Positions 24,789 through 38,205 of a stretch of DNA of 64,000 nucleotides are shown one piece after another. This DNA is from Chrysomallon squamiferum. Taxonomy: Eukaryota > Animalia > Mollusca. The DNA lies in the NCBI GenBank assembly GCA_012295275.1, contig CM022677.1, forward strand, positions 5,208,001 to 5,272,000. Reading direction: 5' to 3'. A model generated the notes under the pieces. The model was not told the DNA's origin and made no database searches. It worked only from the letters and a program-made list of their open reading frames with translations. How positions within the stretch are numbered: position 1 is the first letter of the stretch; each line of letters begins with the position of its first letter. The translations under genes were made by a program, and so were the position numbers.

Positions 24789-26662
24789 CATACTATCTCT
24801 TATATTAAGAAATCTGTTTGTAATATAAATTGTTATTTTAATACTGTTTAAATATTTCAGTCAGAAGATGTGACTAATTGCATCTCAGAAAAAATGTCCA
24901 CAGCTATTGGATTCAAAAGATATAGTAACTACTGAGCTACCACATGTAACATCTACTGTAACATTGTCAGATACCCAGTCTGATGATCTTCCAGACGACA
25001 TAGGACGCAGACACCTTTGTCATAGCCGTAACCCAGCATTAAATTCTCCTAAATATCTCTTCGATTATGATACGGGTTGACCATCACTAGTCCGGCAATC
25101 AGTAATCCGGCACTAAAACTGACTAAGGCGAAGGGGGATGCTAGGCGATGACTCACGTGGCACTATCGATTCTGTGACTGATTTTTGTGCTGCATGATAC
25201 TGTCCTCGTGCAGTGTGTGCGCTCTGTTCGGGTTAGAGAAGCTGAGTTATGTTTTCTTTAAGTTGACTGGCCGCTACGACTGGAGGCGCTGTTTTATCAG
25301 CAACAAACTGGTACCAGCTGTAAACACAGGCAAGCTAGTCTATACTCTCTTGTTGGTTTATCTATCCGTTGAACAAAAAATGCATCAAATCATCTCTGAT
25401 TCCTTTCCCTGCATCCAGCATGTACGTCAGTTTACAGCTAAATGTAATTCATCCTGGTCTCTGTATCTGCGTGTGTCTCTGTGTCTGTGTGTGTCTCTGT
25501 GTCTGTGTGTGTCTCTGTGTTTGATAAACATCAGTCTTAACTTTCACCACCTTCTTTTGTACAGTGTAATAAAAATAAGAAGTAATCTCAATACACATCC
25601 CCAGCACGATTTGTAGACGTAAGAGATTATTGTAAAGAGACGGACAGGACGTCTCTCGTTGGACCTTCCCGTTGTAACTAAACATAGATTACTGGTGACA
25701 AATGAAAACAGCTACTGAAATAATTCAAGTAAAATTTCCATTTCTCAACCCTTTGTTAGCTTTCTTTTACATTTGTTGTCAAACATTTAAACTTTACATT
25801 TGTTGTCAAACATTTATAGCATGTGAATTACAAATTTTACTGCATTAAAAATAAATACATTAAACATAAGAAATACTGGAAGTTGTTCACTTCCAAGACA
25901 AAATAAAAACTAAAAGGTAGATCATTAACATCCTCATAAAAATGTTTTGGACAGTCTACATGATTTATTTTAATAAGTAATATAATAATAATAATAATGA
26001 AGATGATGATGATGATAAATGAATACATTAATTAATTAATAATGTTCATCTATATTGCCTATATTACCACTTGTATATATATATAAAATTAAAATTAAAA
26101 AACTGCACTTTTGCGAAGGGGGACAACTGTAACAGAACATTCGATCGATACAACATCATTCAATGATGCGAACTTTTTGACAGAAACAAAAACACAGATT
26201 TAATAAGGATATTGTTATATCTGGCGATATACATTCTTGTGTATGCAAAATATGATACAAAATATGATGGTGTAGCAGCCAGTGCGGTAATCTTTTTGTA
26301 AAAAAAATGTTTTGAGAGGTTACAGATAGATATTTATAGATAAAAAAAAAAAAAATGATACTATGTAAACAGTTTTTGAAATGTTTTAAATATATTTATA
26401 GATGCATTGTTCTAGAAGTTTATTTCTGTACAATCCCGAATGCTTCTGTATTCAATTTTAAAAAGCTGAATAAATGTTTAGTAAAAAAACAGCGGAAAAC
26501 TAGCGGATTGGATTTAAAGTTCAACCGAAGCAGATTAAATAAATTCGAATGAAAATAGAAAATGATTATTTTTGACAATAAAATTAAATTCCTAAGCCAG
26601 CGCGTTTTCTAATTCTAAGTATATGCATTAACACATAAACAAAACAATCACATATATAAATA

Positions 26663-26704
<42 letters not shown>

Positions 26705-26789
26705 ATATTTTGACGTAGATAACAACTGCTGAAATCTCTATGTCTATAACCCATTTTGCATTCACTATTTCCCATTCTTTTTCTAAGGC

Positions 26790-27470
26790 TGATTACTTTT
26801 TTATTTGACGTTTGAAGAATCTTATACAGAATTGGTGTAATTGCAACAAAAAAGTTGCTTAAAGTATTTCATTTTGTGAAGCAGACAGGTAGTACTATTT
26901 ATTATTATAGTTGTTAATGAGTTTGGATTTTTTAAATTTTATTTAAGTATAATTTAAACATCACAGCCACCTGATGGCAGCCATCATATTCGGGAATAAT
27001 ATTTATTTATTTATTATTTATTTTATTATTAATTTTATTATTTTTTTCCTTAAATAACGACACTCGATTAATAACAAAATTCGCCAGTGTGTGTACTAAT
27101 GTGAACAGCATAAACAAGAATTGTTTTACCAATCACTGTGTGGCCAGTAATTAAATTTGTTTTAAAAGAAATTGACTTGTGTAGCACACACCAAAGTAAA
27201 CACCATACAACAACTATGTGTCAACTCACAATTTTTATTTATTTATTATTATTATTTTTTAATATACTAATTAAACTATTTTAACCATATTAAAGTATAT
27301 AATGGGTGGGGCCCTAAATTCTTTCATATTATTAAAGCTAAATACCTGTATAGCTCGATGTTAACGATAAAAACCTATAAAGATGAATAAAAATTTAAGA
27401 AAAATATGACCAGGTTATTTCATATGTAGGCACCGTAAAATATTAATACAATTATTTGTTATAATAATAT
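26790..27470 (+). repeat. Further partial copy of the dispersed segment at ~500-1150 and ~31730-32570
   Basis: Shared acagaattggtgtaat, atttcattttgtgaag, gatggcagccat, taatgggtggggcc, gaccaggttatttcatatgtag. Confidence 0.8.
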
Positions 27471-27471
27471 T

Positions 27472-27516
<45 letters not shown>

Positions 27517-27972
27517 ATTTGTAATCATAATCACAAAATATATTAATACACTGTACAGTCTCCATGCACAAAACATTACTAAAATTATTCTTTTTTGAAG
27601 TAGGTGTCTTATTGTTTGACTGATGTATAAGATACAACGTGAACTAAAACAGGATACAACTCAAATCTGTCATGTTGACTTATGTCTTCAACACAGTGAG
27701 ATCTCCTAAAAATGAAAAAAGAAAAAAACATTTTATGAAATTAAGTTGAGTCATTGTAATACTTTATGCATCATGCTTAAAAATACTGTAGGGCTTTAGA
27801 AAGCATCATTTGTATACTGGTTTGAAACTGTATGAGATATTCAGTGTTCTGTTTGCCAAATGACTGGAATGAATCTTAGATTTTCCACAGATTACGAAGG
27901 AAAAATACCTGCAAATTTTATTCAGATAATAATAAACATCATTCATATTTTGTTATCATTCTAATCTCCTTT

Positions 27973-28003
<31 letters not shown>

Positions 28004-28671
28004 TTGTCATTATGTAGTTATAAGTTATATAATTTAAAGGATAATTATATTATTGAAAATTATTACATATCTGCTAAATATAATTACATAATAACTTAAA
28101 TGAAAAGCAAAATATAAGTGATTATTCTGTTGACTGATCAATAAAAATTCAGCTAAATTTCTCAAAAGAAACAAAAATTACACTTGAGTCTTGTGACATG
28201 ATTCTACATCCTATTGTTTAATAACATTATATAAAGGTATACCAGTATATATAAAGAAATCAACTGAAACGAATATAGCTTTATAATGAGTAATAAACGT
28301 AAATGTGTAGGTATGTTCCAGAAATATTCAGTTTACATACTATAAAGAATACACGTATCTATTAATATGTGATAAATAACTAAAATATAAACAATAATGA
28401 TAAATACAGTGGACGCTGTCAAAACCGGATGATTCATTGAGACCAACGTAATATACCGTTTTAGACAGAGTGCAGATTTCTAAAGATTAAAATAACATAA
28501 AACTGGAATATTTTTTTATTACAAATGTTAATGGTCTGTCAGTTTTCAGAGGATAAAACAGTCTGTCATTGATCGACTGCGGTTTTTTTTTTTTGGGGGG
28601 GGTGCTTTTTTAGTTAGGTTTTGTTTTTCGTATTTCTTTGTCTGGCATGGCCTCCAAGTTTAACATTAATT

Positions 28672-29500
28672 GCAGAATCTCTTCTTTAGCAGGCTTAAGA
28701 ATTAGAAGTGGATTTTTGATATTGTTATGGTAGCGACATTTCAAACGATGTCGCTGTCGTACTCTAATAACGTCTTCACCACGACAGAGAGCATCGAAAG
28801 TTGTTTTTTCTTTAACTCTGCCATTTTTTCTCTTTTCTTTCCTAAGTTTTGATATAATTGAATACTTTTTCCTTTTGTTCGGAGCACGTTCTAGTCCACG
28901 AGCTAACATTAACTGTTCATTTGTCAAATTTAAAACTTGCTCTACCTGTCCCGCTAATTCTCTACCGTGTATGTCATAGTCATGAAGTTCTAACCGAGAT
29001 ACGTTCTGAATTTTTTCTGTTCTTACTTTCTCGAGACTTATCGTCATCCAGACATAAACATATTTTTAATTTTTCATTTTGTATGCAAGGCGACCTAATT
29101 GATAACAATCTTCTGCTGATAATCTCTGTATATATCGTTCATATATAAAACCGTCTGTTAATCTTGTAGCATTTAATTTGTACGTGTCTTGAAGTCGAAA
29201 CAGAGCTGCAGCGGCCCCTTTTAAATCTTCGTAACTTGGAAGATGTTCACGGATTTCTTATATTAATAATTTGTTTATGTCAGAATAAAGTAACATACAG
29301 ACAAAAAAGAAAACAAAAACACTCCTCAAGAAAAAAAAAAAAAACCCCCAAAAAACAGATTAAAATGTGCATTACAGCTGTCATTTAGAAGTGGCGCACT
29401 TCTTAAGTTATGAACATTTTGAAGTGTTGTCTGCAGTTGTTCTGTTTCTTCTTCAAAACACATACAAATTAGATGTCACTACTTCTTAATCGTTTATGCA
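28672..29500 (-). pseudogene. P4HA: Prolyl 4-hydroxylase alpha subunit pseudogene, left copy; catalytic domain deleted
   Basis: LPSYEDLKGAAAALFRLQDTYKL..LSAEDCYQLGRLAY..FDALCRGE..RLKCRY..PLLILKPAKEEIL; in-frame TAA at ~29066-29068; homology stops at EEIL. Confidence 0.9.
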
Positions 29501-29545
29501 AACTCGCCATGTTAAGACATTTTATGACATTTCTATTTTTTATTA

Positions 29546-30424
29546 CCGTATATACTTGTGTATAAGTCGAATTTTTGGGAGACTATATTAAGGTCATATT
29601 TTGGGAGTCGACTTATACATAGGAGATAATGCTTTTGTAGCTGTTGCTGAAGAGTCGCCATTTTGACTATTTTTTGCTACGGGATGCATCTAAAATAATC
29701 GCGGTCTTTCAGCTTTTCAAAAATATAATTTTATCGTATAAACAATTTGGAAACATTAAATAAGAAAACCAAATATGAATGTAAAACATGATATTCTTCC
29801 GTTTAATGACATAAAAATACATTTTAAAGCGAGAAAACCGTCAGTACGGCGTTATGCCTTACGGCGACTTGCAATGATCTAGGAATGCAGACTTGTCTGC
29901 CAAATTGCACTAAATATCGGTCGTAATTTCATAAACAAAACTCACTTGTGTAATTGTAAAGAATTTGGTTAAATAATATTGCAATCGTCATTAATATCCA
30001 CTACCGACAAATCGAAAACAAACTAAATTTCTATAAACGTTCTGCAACAAAAATCAGTTCAACTTCTCGCCATATTTGTTATTCTAGTCGGTTGCCAAGT
30101 GCGCGAAGCCTCGGCCAATTAGCGCGCTAGGAATAGGATCGGGGGCGTGTCTTGTAGCAGAGTTTCGATAGAAAAAAATATTGCTGAGGTTCCGAAATTA
30201 TCTTACTTTGAATTGCACGTGCAAGTTACAGCTCGTGCAAGTTATGTTACAGTAGGCGTACAATGTAGGCCTTCATGGCACTGTCACACTGGTCTAGAAA
30301 TAGTGACGGTGCCTGGAATCTACAGTCGACTTATACACAAGTAATACCTAAAATGACGCAATTTTTGGTCTTAAAATACACATCGACTTATACATAAGGT
30401 CGCCTTGTACACAAGTATATACGG
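29546..30424. mobile_element. 879-bp non-autonomous Tc1/mariner(pogo)-type element (MITE) with TA target-site duplication
   Basis: TA|ccgtatatacttgtgtataag ... cttgtacacaagtatatacgg|TA with subterminal gtcgacttataca motifs. The empty site (ggaataacataataaaa, ~52101-52117) is visible in the right arm. Confidence 0.92.
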
Positions 30425-30611
30425 TATGTTATTCCACATTTTTTATTTTTTTATTTTATTTTATGAAGATTTGAATAAATGTCAGTTTTAATTGATACAA
30501 AATGTTTTTATCCAGCATCAATACACTTTATTTCATTTCTATTTTTCTTTTTCTTTTTCATTATTTCTCTCTGTAGCGGACCTTATTCTGCGAAATATGA
30601 AGAATCTCCTC

Positions 30612-31466
30612 TTAAGTAAATAAATACTGTATTGAGATATTAGCAGTATTAAGTAAATAAATACTGAACAGAAAAAATGATATTAGAAGTATTAAGTAAA
30701 TAAATAATGTACAGTCACGTGATATGAGCAGCATTAACTAAATAACTATTGTACAGTAACGTGATATTATCAGAGATAAGTAAATAAATACTGTGCAGTA
30801 AAGTGATATTAGCAGTAGTTAAAAAAGAACTGTACAGTAACGTGATATTAGGAGCGTTAAATAAATCAATACTGTACAGTAACGCGATACTAGCTGTATT
30901 AAGTAAATAAATACTGTACAGTAAGGTGACATTAGCAGTATTATGTAAATAAATACTGTACAGTAACGTTATATTAGCAGTATTATGTAAATAAATACTG
31001 TACAGTAACGTTATATTAGCAGTATTATGTAAATAAATACTGTACACGAACGTGATATTAGCAGTATTAAGTAAATAAATACTGTACAGTACCGCGATAC
31101 TAGCGGTATTAAGTAAATAAATACTGTACAGTAACGTGACATTAGCAGTATTATGTAAATAAATACTGTACAGTAACGTTATATTAGCAGTATTATGTAA
31201 ATAAATACTGTACAGTAACGTTATATTAGCAGTATTAAGTAAATAAATACTGTACACGAAAGTGATATTTGGAGCGTTAACTAAATAAACACTGTATAGT
31301 AACGTGATAGTAGCAGTATTAAGTAAATAAATACTGTACAGTAACGTAATAGTATCAGATAGAAATGGCAAAATAAATATTAGAATACATCAAACATTAA
31401 CGCGATATTAAGTAAATAAAAACTGTGACGTGATATTAGTAGTATTAAGTAAAGAAATACTGTACA
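30612..31466. repeat. 39-bp minisatellite, left arm (~21-22 units)
   Basis: Unit aatactgtacagtaacgtgatattagcagtattaagtaaata-like; 13-aa period in ORF 30715..31371. Confidence 0.92.
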
Positions 31467-32845
31467 GGGACATAAATAAGAAGAAGAAAGAAAAAGTAGG
31501 GGAAAAAAAAATAAAAACACCGTTTATTTGAAGTTAACGGTCAACGATTGGCTAATAATAAGATAAAAAAAATATAAATAAATAAATAAAATAAATATAT
31601 TTTAATAAAGTTTGTGATGTTCCTTTATTTTATTTTATTTGTTTTGAACATTATTTTAATTTTGTTTATATTTTTTTTTTTTTTTTTGGGCGGGATTGTA
31701 TATGCAGAAAAATGCGGGATGATTGTCGGACTTTACGGATTTACTTTTTTTATTTAATGTTCGAAGATTTTTCTACAGAATTGGTGTAATCGCATTAAAA
31801 CAGTTGTTTAAAGTATTTCATTTTGTGAAGGAGACAGGTATTACTATTTATTATTATAAATGTTAATGTGTTTGGATTTTTTTCGTTTTATTTAATTATA
31901 ATTTAAAAGTCACAGACAACTGATGGCAGCCATATTATTTGAGAACAATATTTATTTATTTATTTATAATTTTTTCAAATAACGACACTCGATTAATAAT
32001 AACATTCACCAGTGGTTGTACTAATGTGAACAACATAAACAACGTCATGATGTATCAGCAAATTTTGAGTGGCCAGTAATTAAATTTGTTTTAAAATAAA
32101 TTGACTTATGTAGCACCAAAGAAACACCATACAACAAGTCACAGAGAATTTAAAATTATTATTATTATTATTATTATTATTGTTATTGTTATTATTTATT
32201 TTTCTATTTTTTTATTTTTTTTTTTTTATTTATTATTATTATTTTTTGTTGTTGTTGTTGAAATAAACTAATAAAACTATTAAAAGAAAATATGCTCATT
32301 TTGTTTGACAGGTTGTTTTCAGTCAGTTTATTTATGATTTATTATTTTTAAAGATTTAGGTTAAATTGCTGACTTGCTCTATAATTATTAAACATATTAA
32401 ACTTTATAATGGGTGGGTCCCTAAATGCTTTCATATTATTTAAGCTAAATACCTGTATAGCTCTATGTTAACACTAAAAACAAATAAAGATGAATACAAA
32501 TTTGAGAAATACATGACCATGTTATTTCATATGTAGATGATGCTATAAAATATTAATAAAATTATTTATAAAAAAAATATTTAACACACAAATAAACACT
32601 CAAATAATTTGTTATCCTGTTCTTTGTTTCTCTTCTTTTCTTAATGGTCAGTTTTAATTTATTTATTTACACTTTGTTTTGTTTTGTTGTAATTCCTTCT
32701 TTTTCATCTTCTTCTCTTATTATTATTACTACTTTTTATTATTATTATTATGTTTTATTTTTATTATTATTATTTTTGTGATCTTTATTATTATTATCCA
32801 TTTTATTTTTCATTACTAATATTTTTTATTTTTTATGTTTTCTAG

Positions 32846-33796
32846 GTCATGTGGAGAAAATGTTCCAAATGAATTTAAAGAATGGTTCTGTAAAAAATCA
32901 GATGTGAGTGAAATATTTTATAAATTTCTCATCCAGCTACACAATCATTGATCAGTATCATACTGTAGAGTGCAAGTGCTGCTGGAATACTATAATATGA
33001 TATATCGATGGTTTACATGTATCAACACGAACAAGAAGAAAAGGGCAGAGCACCATTGAAGTCTGCTTTTTTGTGAAATCAAGCTGATGCTGGTAAAAAC
33101 ACTTCATTTCCTATGCTGCGAAACACAAAACTAGGCAGACGACTGCGATGGCAAAAATAACAGCCAGAAAGTTGAGCAGCAGGTAACATCTGAGCTTGCC
33201 GCTCTGAGAATGAAGCTGGATGAGAAGATAAAGAAAACAGAGAGAAGAAAACAAAGGCTGTAGCTGCAGCAGAACAAGATGAGGCTCAGGAAGGCAGCGT
33301 TCATGAGAGTGATGTCTCACCATATTGACAGTTCGAAGGACCGAGCTAGTCCTGTACCTGATTCAGACAACACAATTCCAAGTTGCAAGTTTTTTATGTT
33401 ATTTTTATTTCTTAGCAAATAAAATAAGTTTTATAGTAACAACTCTTTACTGATTGTAAATTAGCATAATAATAATCATTTGTTTTGTTAATTATTTAAA
33501 TTATTATCATTATTATCATTATCATTATAATGATTATACAAAGTATATCAAAAATATCCCACATCCCTTTGTGTCTGAATAATCCAGTAACTGATAACAG
33601 TAAAATTTAAACAATACAGAAACATTAGTTATTTATTTTTAACAGTTTATTATTTTTATTATTTTATTTGTATTTTTATTTTCAGAATACACATACAGCT
33701 CTAATTGATGTGCTGATGTTTGCTAGTGAAGTTGTTTCAGTAGAAGGTGCTGTCCAGCACTGAGGATAAAGTTTGCTGCCACTGGAATTATTCTAA

Positions 33797-33894
<98 letters not shown>

Positions 33895-36800
33895 CATTCT
33901 TTCTATCTATCTATCTGACAGATACCAGATTCATATATAACTACAAAGGTAAATAAAAAAATTACTGTTGTTTTTCAGAAACTGCTCTGTCCACAAGAAG
34001 AGCTAATTCAGTGAGTCACCACAGGGTAGAAATGTCATCAAAGAATATGGCAGAACAGGAACATCTATAGAGGTTGTTGTTATAGTAGTAGTATTAGTCA
34101 TTGTTGTAGCCATTGCATTTGTAGTAATAATAGTGTTTACAACATTAGTAATTGATATTTGAATAAAGAAATACGTGTAGGAGTAACATTGTGAAGAGAG
34201 TAAAAAAAATCACTTTTATTATTAATGGATCGTAATTTTAGTAATAGGAGTATTATTTCAATAACAGTTACCCTTGTTGAATAAGGAATAATAGTAAATT
34301 TTAGTTACAGTAATGATGTTAATAAAAGTAGCATATAGTGTTGCAGTAAACGTTGTAGTAGCAGTGTTTTATTTATTTTATATTTTTTTTACAGTATTTT
34401 ATTTATTTATTTATTTACTCAAACTAGGCAGTGCACCCACCAATGTGACTCTGATTCAGACATGGACATTGAAGCCGACCACAATTCTTAAGTTGGAGAG
34501 TCTTACACCAGTCACCAATCTCAACTGTCAGATGTCAGGAGAAAAACTTGAAGAACTTGAACATGCTAAAACCAGGGAAAGAAAAACACTGAGCCAAGAA
34601 GTTCAGCAGCAGTTTTTTTTTCATTGTATTTGTACTTAACCAAAACAGTTTCATTTTTAACTCACAAAAATTGAGCCAAGAAGTACTGCATTTCATTGTA
34701 TTTGTATAAAGGAGTGATATTCAGTTATGTGTGAAATCAGTTCATAATTTTGTTTAATGTGTTTCTGAATGAAAAATTCTTCTATAGCTTTAATTATGTT
34801 ATTCAAATTCATCTTTATTTTTAGACATATTTGTTATCTCTCTAATCTATTTAGATTTAATTAATATTTTATTTTTAATATTTACTTTATTTTATATATT
34901 TATTTTTTAAAATGCTGGCATTCAAAACTTCTCTGCATGTAGATCATAAACATTTAAATTAATAGCATCCATCAGATATAGATCTGACCTTCATTCCTTT
35001 AAAGAGTCTAACTAGCAGAAGTAATTAGTTTAGATTTGGGATTAAATGTCTTTCTTAATTTTTATTTATGAATTTGTTTTTGTTTTTTCTCTATGAGATA
35101 TATTCCTGTCACAGTTTTAGGCTCATCATAAATAATTATTAGTAGCTGGGATGCCTGCCAAAACAGTCTGCTAGATCATTGTAGAAGTTCAAGATGAAAG
35201 AGGAAATAAAAGAGAAATGTACTCAGTGAATACAGATAAAACAAACTGTAAGCTGGAAACCATTTTGAGTTTGTTAACTGTTGCTAATCCAGCTTTACTT
35301 CCAAAATTGCTAAATAAGTAATCTTGTGCAAGCTGAAAATAAATATTTCTGGTTTTGCAGGTGATTTTGAGAAAAAAAACCTCAAGCTGACAAATTCATC
35401 TGATACAGTTACTAGCTGGACAGAGGAAATCAATAAAACAGAGCACTGTTCTGAAGTAAGTGGTCTTGATATTTTTTATAGTAATACTTTTTTTTTTCTT
35501 CTATATGTTTTTGCTGCTTCTTGAATGTTACCATTATATCCAGTCAGTATTAAAACATTGTTAAAGTATAATTTATAATAATTTTCCATGACTGAAATTT
35601 TTCTTCCCAAAGATTTTATTGTGCAAATTAATCAAATGCTCCTAGCCTGAAATAGGTAAAAAAAAAAATCATTTAAATAATTTATGTTAAGATTTAGAAT
35701 GATAAACTTGATGCTCATTTTTTATTTATTGTTAATTTATTTTTATTTTATTAATTTTTCTTTCTATATTTGTTTATTTAGATAAATCTGGCTAAAAAAA
35801 GGGGAATGTACAAAATCCACAAAATTGCCCAATCTTGAACAAATAGTAGGAAACAAGATAGTTGTTTAAATATAGCTATCATACCACCAGCACAAACTTT
35901 GGATCCAGCATTTCAGAGGACTTTCTTGACCAGCTTGGAAGACCTTTCATGTAATCAGATTAAAGACAGATCGGTGGATTTTATACTTATGTGGTTTGCA
36001 GGAAGGGATATTAATGTTTTTTTGTTTGATTTTTTTTCCTTTATCAGCTCAAATAGCATTTTAAATAAATTATTTAAAAATATATAATAGCAATAACAAC
36101 AACCATCACCACAACAACAACAACAATAATAATAAAATAAAATAAAACAAAAACCTGTCAAAACCAGTACTTTATTTCTTGATTCTGTTTTATGAAAATT
36201 CCTCAATATTCCTGAAAAATGTACCTTCCAAATGCACAGACATCAAGTTGGTGGTAATTATGTTATAAACTGCCATTGATCAGGAAGACGCAGATGTAAA
36301 TCCTTACAACTCTGATTCCTACCAGTCAAAACTTTATATATCAGATGATACAGAGTTGATTAGTTTCAGTGTTACTGTTGCAGTATCTGCATTATTTTGT
36401 TCAATTATTATTTTGTTTAATCAGCTGGATCACTTCCTCATTCAGGATTCAAATCTGTTAACTTTTGTTTTGTGTTAGAATAATATACATAAACTAGCTG
36501 ATGAACTGAATGATATTCACAGATAATGTTTATTTTTTATGAATTTATTCAGCTGGCATTTACTGTTATAAATTTTTTTTTTCATAAATATTTCAAAAAG
36601 ATTTGAAGGTGTAAAGGACTTTTTTGTGGTTTGAATTAATTATATCATCACATTTAAAAATGTTAAATATTTGTAATTAATTGGAATTCTCTTTTGGGAT
36701 TAAAAGATTATTATTCTGGATAAATGTATTGTTGCCAGATTATTAACTTATATTTTTAATCAAATCTAAAATTAGGTGTATAGGATCAGTTCTAAGTGTT

Positions 36801-37860
36801 CCAAAAAAGTAAAGTAATCAAAATGACTGAATTCACATACCTAGTGCAGAATGATATTAACATTTTGTTATTAGAACTGAAAAGCTTTGGTATCTATTAG
36901 TAAACTAATAAATGACAGAACTTATCAATTAGTTATTTAACTAAAATGCCTGTCATTTTTATAGGCTGATGACAATGAATTATTTTCAGTTTACAAGTGA
37001 AAACTGTCAAGTCTATGTCAGATTTTGTATTTCTTTTAAAAACTTGGTCAAAGACAGAGTTTTTCAGATCTCACTCTCTCCCTTACAGTACAAGGCAGGT
37101 CAGTGCAGAAGATTCAGAGGAGAATCCACAGTTTTATGGATTTCAGTTTTGCATTCTTCTTGTATTATTATTATTATTATTATTACATTTTCATGTTATG
37201 TTTGTATTGCTTAACTTTAAAATATTTTGATTTAATCAATGCATTCTTCTTGTTTAGTATTAGAAAATCTTTCATAAAGAAATATTTTCAAATATGTTTA
37301 TGAATTTAGTTATAAAAGACAATTTTTCTTTTTAAATTGACCAGAATGTAAAATTTGTAGTGATACTTTTTCATAGATATATATTTTTTGTTTAAATTAT
37401 TTGTGATTTATTATTAAAATCTATTACAATAAGAGACAGATGATGTTTATTTATAATAAATTACAGACAATTAAACACAATCGAAAAATACTTATTATTC
37501 TATTAAATTTTATTATTGTATCTACAGGAAAGACAAGATTCTGGAATCAGCTTCAGTTACAAGAATAGGGAGAAGAATTTAAACAGATGAGGTATCTACT
37601 GATATGGAACAATTATTATTCACAAAAGATGGATTTTTCTTTCCAAAGCAGTTTTCAGAGAAAATGTTGACAGTACACATCAGTGTTGATTGATTATTCT
37701 CCAATAGTTAACAGTGGATGATTCTTGGTTGTTATGGAAGGGAACAAAAAACTTCCACTGTAATGACTAATGACACTGCAAAAGCTATGTGTGTTTCATT
37801 ACAAATAGAAGAAATGAAAATATGTGGAGCAATGATATTTACAGATAGACAACAAGCAGG
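32846..37860 (+). pseudogene. Possible decayed multi-exon gene of unknown family in the left arm (mirror copy at ~44665-49575, minus strand)
   Basis: GC-richer islands following polypyrimidine/AG acceptors (~32846, ~33686, ~33980, ~35362, ~36990, ~37528). A coiled-coil-like stretch QKVEQQVTSELAALRMKLDEKIKK; many stops; family not recognised. Confidence 0.35.
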
Positions 37861-38205
37861 TTCCAGCTTAATGTTGTTTTCATAGACAATATTAGCAAGT
37901 TTAGAGCAACTATAAGTGATTTAAAGGAAAGGAGAGAAGATTGACAGAGATATGAGACTGACTGTCTGATGGGAGGTTAACAGGTAAAGAGATACACAGG
38001 AAGATAAACAGAAAGAAAGAGAGAGATGTTGATAGACTGATAGACAGTTAGATCAGTAGAAGTTAACAAATGAATTCATAGATGTAGATGAATTTAGGCA
38101 GATAGTTAAACATGTCTGTCTATCTATCTATTCTGTGTTTTCTTCTTTCTGTCATGTGTGTTTGTGTGCCGGGCTGAGAGTGTAGACATACAGTAAAATA
38201 CATAG

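Noticed and set aside
25060-25720. Locally GC/CpG-richer stretch, possible promoter or TE
   Set aside because: No termini, motifs or recognisable coding similarity.
30715-31371. 218-aa ORF with 13-aa repeats (and its mirror at 51444-51749)
   Set aside because: By-product of the 39-bp minisatellite.
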